Below, one piece after another: positions 12,896-13,166 of a stretch of 13,166 nucleotides of DNA. A program made the position numbers and the translations under genes. The DNA comes from a virus. Location: IMG/VR virus record IMGVR_UViG_3300045988_129298, positions 1 to 13,166 of that record. One strand, written 5' to 3'. Every line of letters starts with the position of its first letter. Positions within the stretch are counted from its first letter, which is position 1. Below the pieces are notes generated by a model, which worked only from the letters and a program-made list of their open reading frames with translations, had not been told where the DNA came from and searched no databases.

Positions 12896-12924
12896 AGTAT
12901 ACCACACTACAAGGGATATGTCAA
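12896..12924 (-). promoter_or_regulatory. Right-ITR copy of promoter P2, pointing inward into the minus-strand gene array
   Basis: Exact mirror of 243-271, upstream of the 214-aa gene start at 12805. Confidence 0.7.
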
Positions 12925-12940
12925 TGAATAAATTGTAAAC

Positions 12941-12969
12941 ATTATATTTTTCTTTTATGTATTTGTTAA
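12941..12969 (-). promoter_or_regulatory. Right-ITR copy of promoter P1
   Basis: Exact mirror of 198-226. Confidence 0.5.
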
Positions 12970-13030
12970 TTCTATTTAACTAAATATTTTTGCTCTTTAT
13001 TGCGTAGAGGTATTATTTTTTTATTTGCAC

Positions 13031-13120
13031 TCACTTCACTGCTTTACCACTTTACTACACTAAAGCATTGCTGTCTTGCTTTATCGTTTTAGCACTTTAG
13101 CACTTTACTATGCTAAAGTG
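13031..13120 (-). repeat. Sub-terminal iteron block in right ITR (mirror of 47-136)
   Basis: Mirror image of the left block, because the ITRs are perfect. Confidence 0.85.
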
Positions 13121-13166
13121 GGAAATCACCTTGCTTGCTATCGAGGACGGGGGACTTTAGATCGGA

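Larger units (their letters stand above)
12803..13166. repeat. Right inverted terminal repeat (364 bp)
   Basis: Exact reverse complement of 1-364. Its inner boundary falls immediately after the ATG of the 214-aa gene (12803-12805). Confidence 0.97.

Overview
This window appears to be the complete linear genome of a very small phi29-like (protein-primed, Picovirinae/Salasmaviridae-type) podovirus from a low-GC, walled (Gram-positive-type) host. It is bounded by perfect 364-bp inverted terminal repeats (1-364 / 12803-13166). I call 16 genes. Fifteen lie on the minus strand as one tightly packed array: putative HTH protein, zinc-finger protein, two small membrane proteins, CHAP endolysin, 112-aa unknown, portal/upper collar, lower collar, 95-aa unknown, major capsid, 166-aa protein, large tail protein, putative terminal protein, type-B DNA polymerase and gp16-like packaging ATPase. 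One plus-strand gene (362-679) converges on the array at a bidirectional terminator (687-709). Polymerase, portal, capsid, ATPase and endolysin are recognisable from motifs. The other functional calls rest on position or weak resemblance. The most striking feature is an 18-bp perfect palindrome, AGTTGCAACGTTGCAACT, made of two tandem GTTGCAAC octamers. It has six perfect copies and several near-copies. Five of the six intercistronic junctions of the minus-strand array that do not overlap carry one copy each, as do both ITRs, in most cases directly 5' of the next ribosome-binding site. Each ITR carries tandem consensus-like promoters, one palindrome copy, an RBS and the ATG itself, so identical expression signals drive two different inward-facing genes. 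The sub-terminal ITR contains 8-bp-phased TAAAGTG-like repeats. The outermost 8 nt at each end match Illumina adapter sequence, so the true ends are probably 5'-AAAGTCCCCC, resembling phi29 termini. All homology statements are motif recognition from memory, because no searches were possible.
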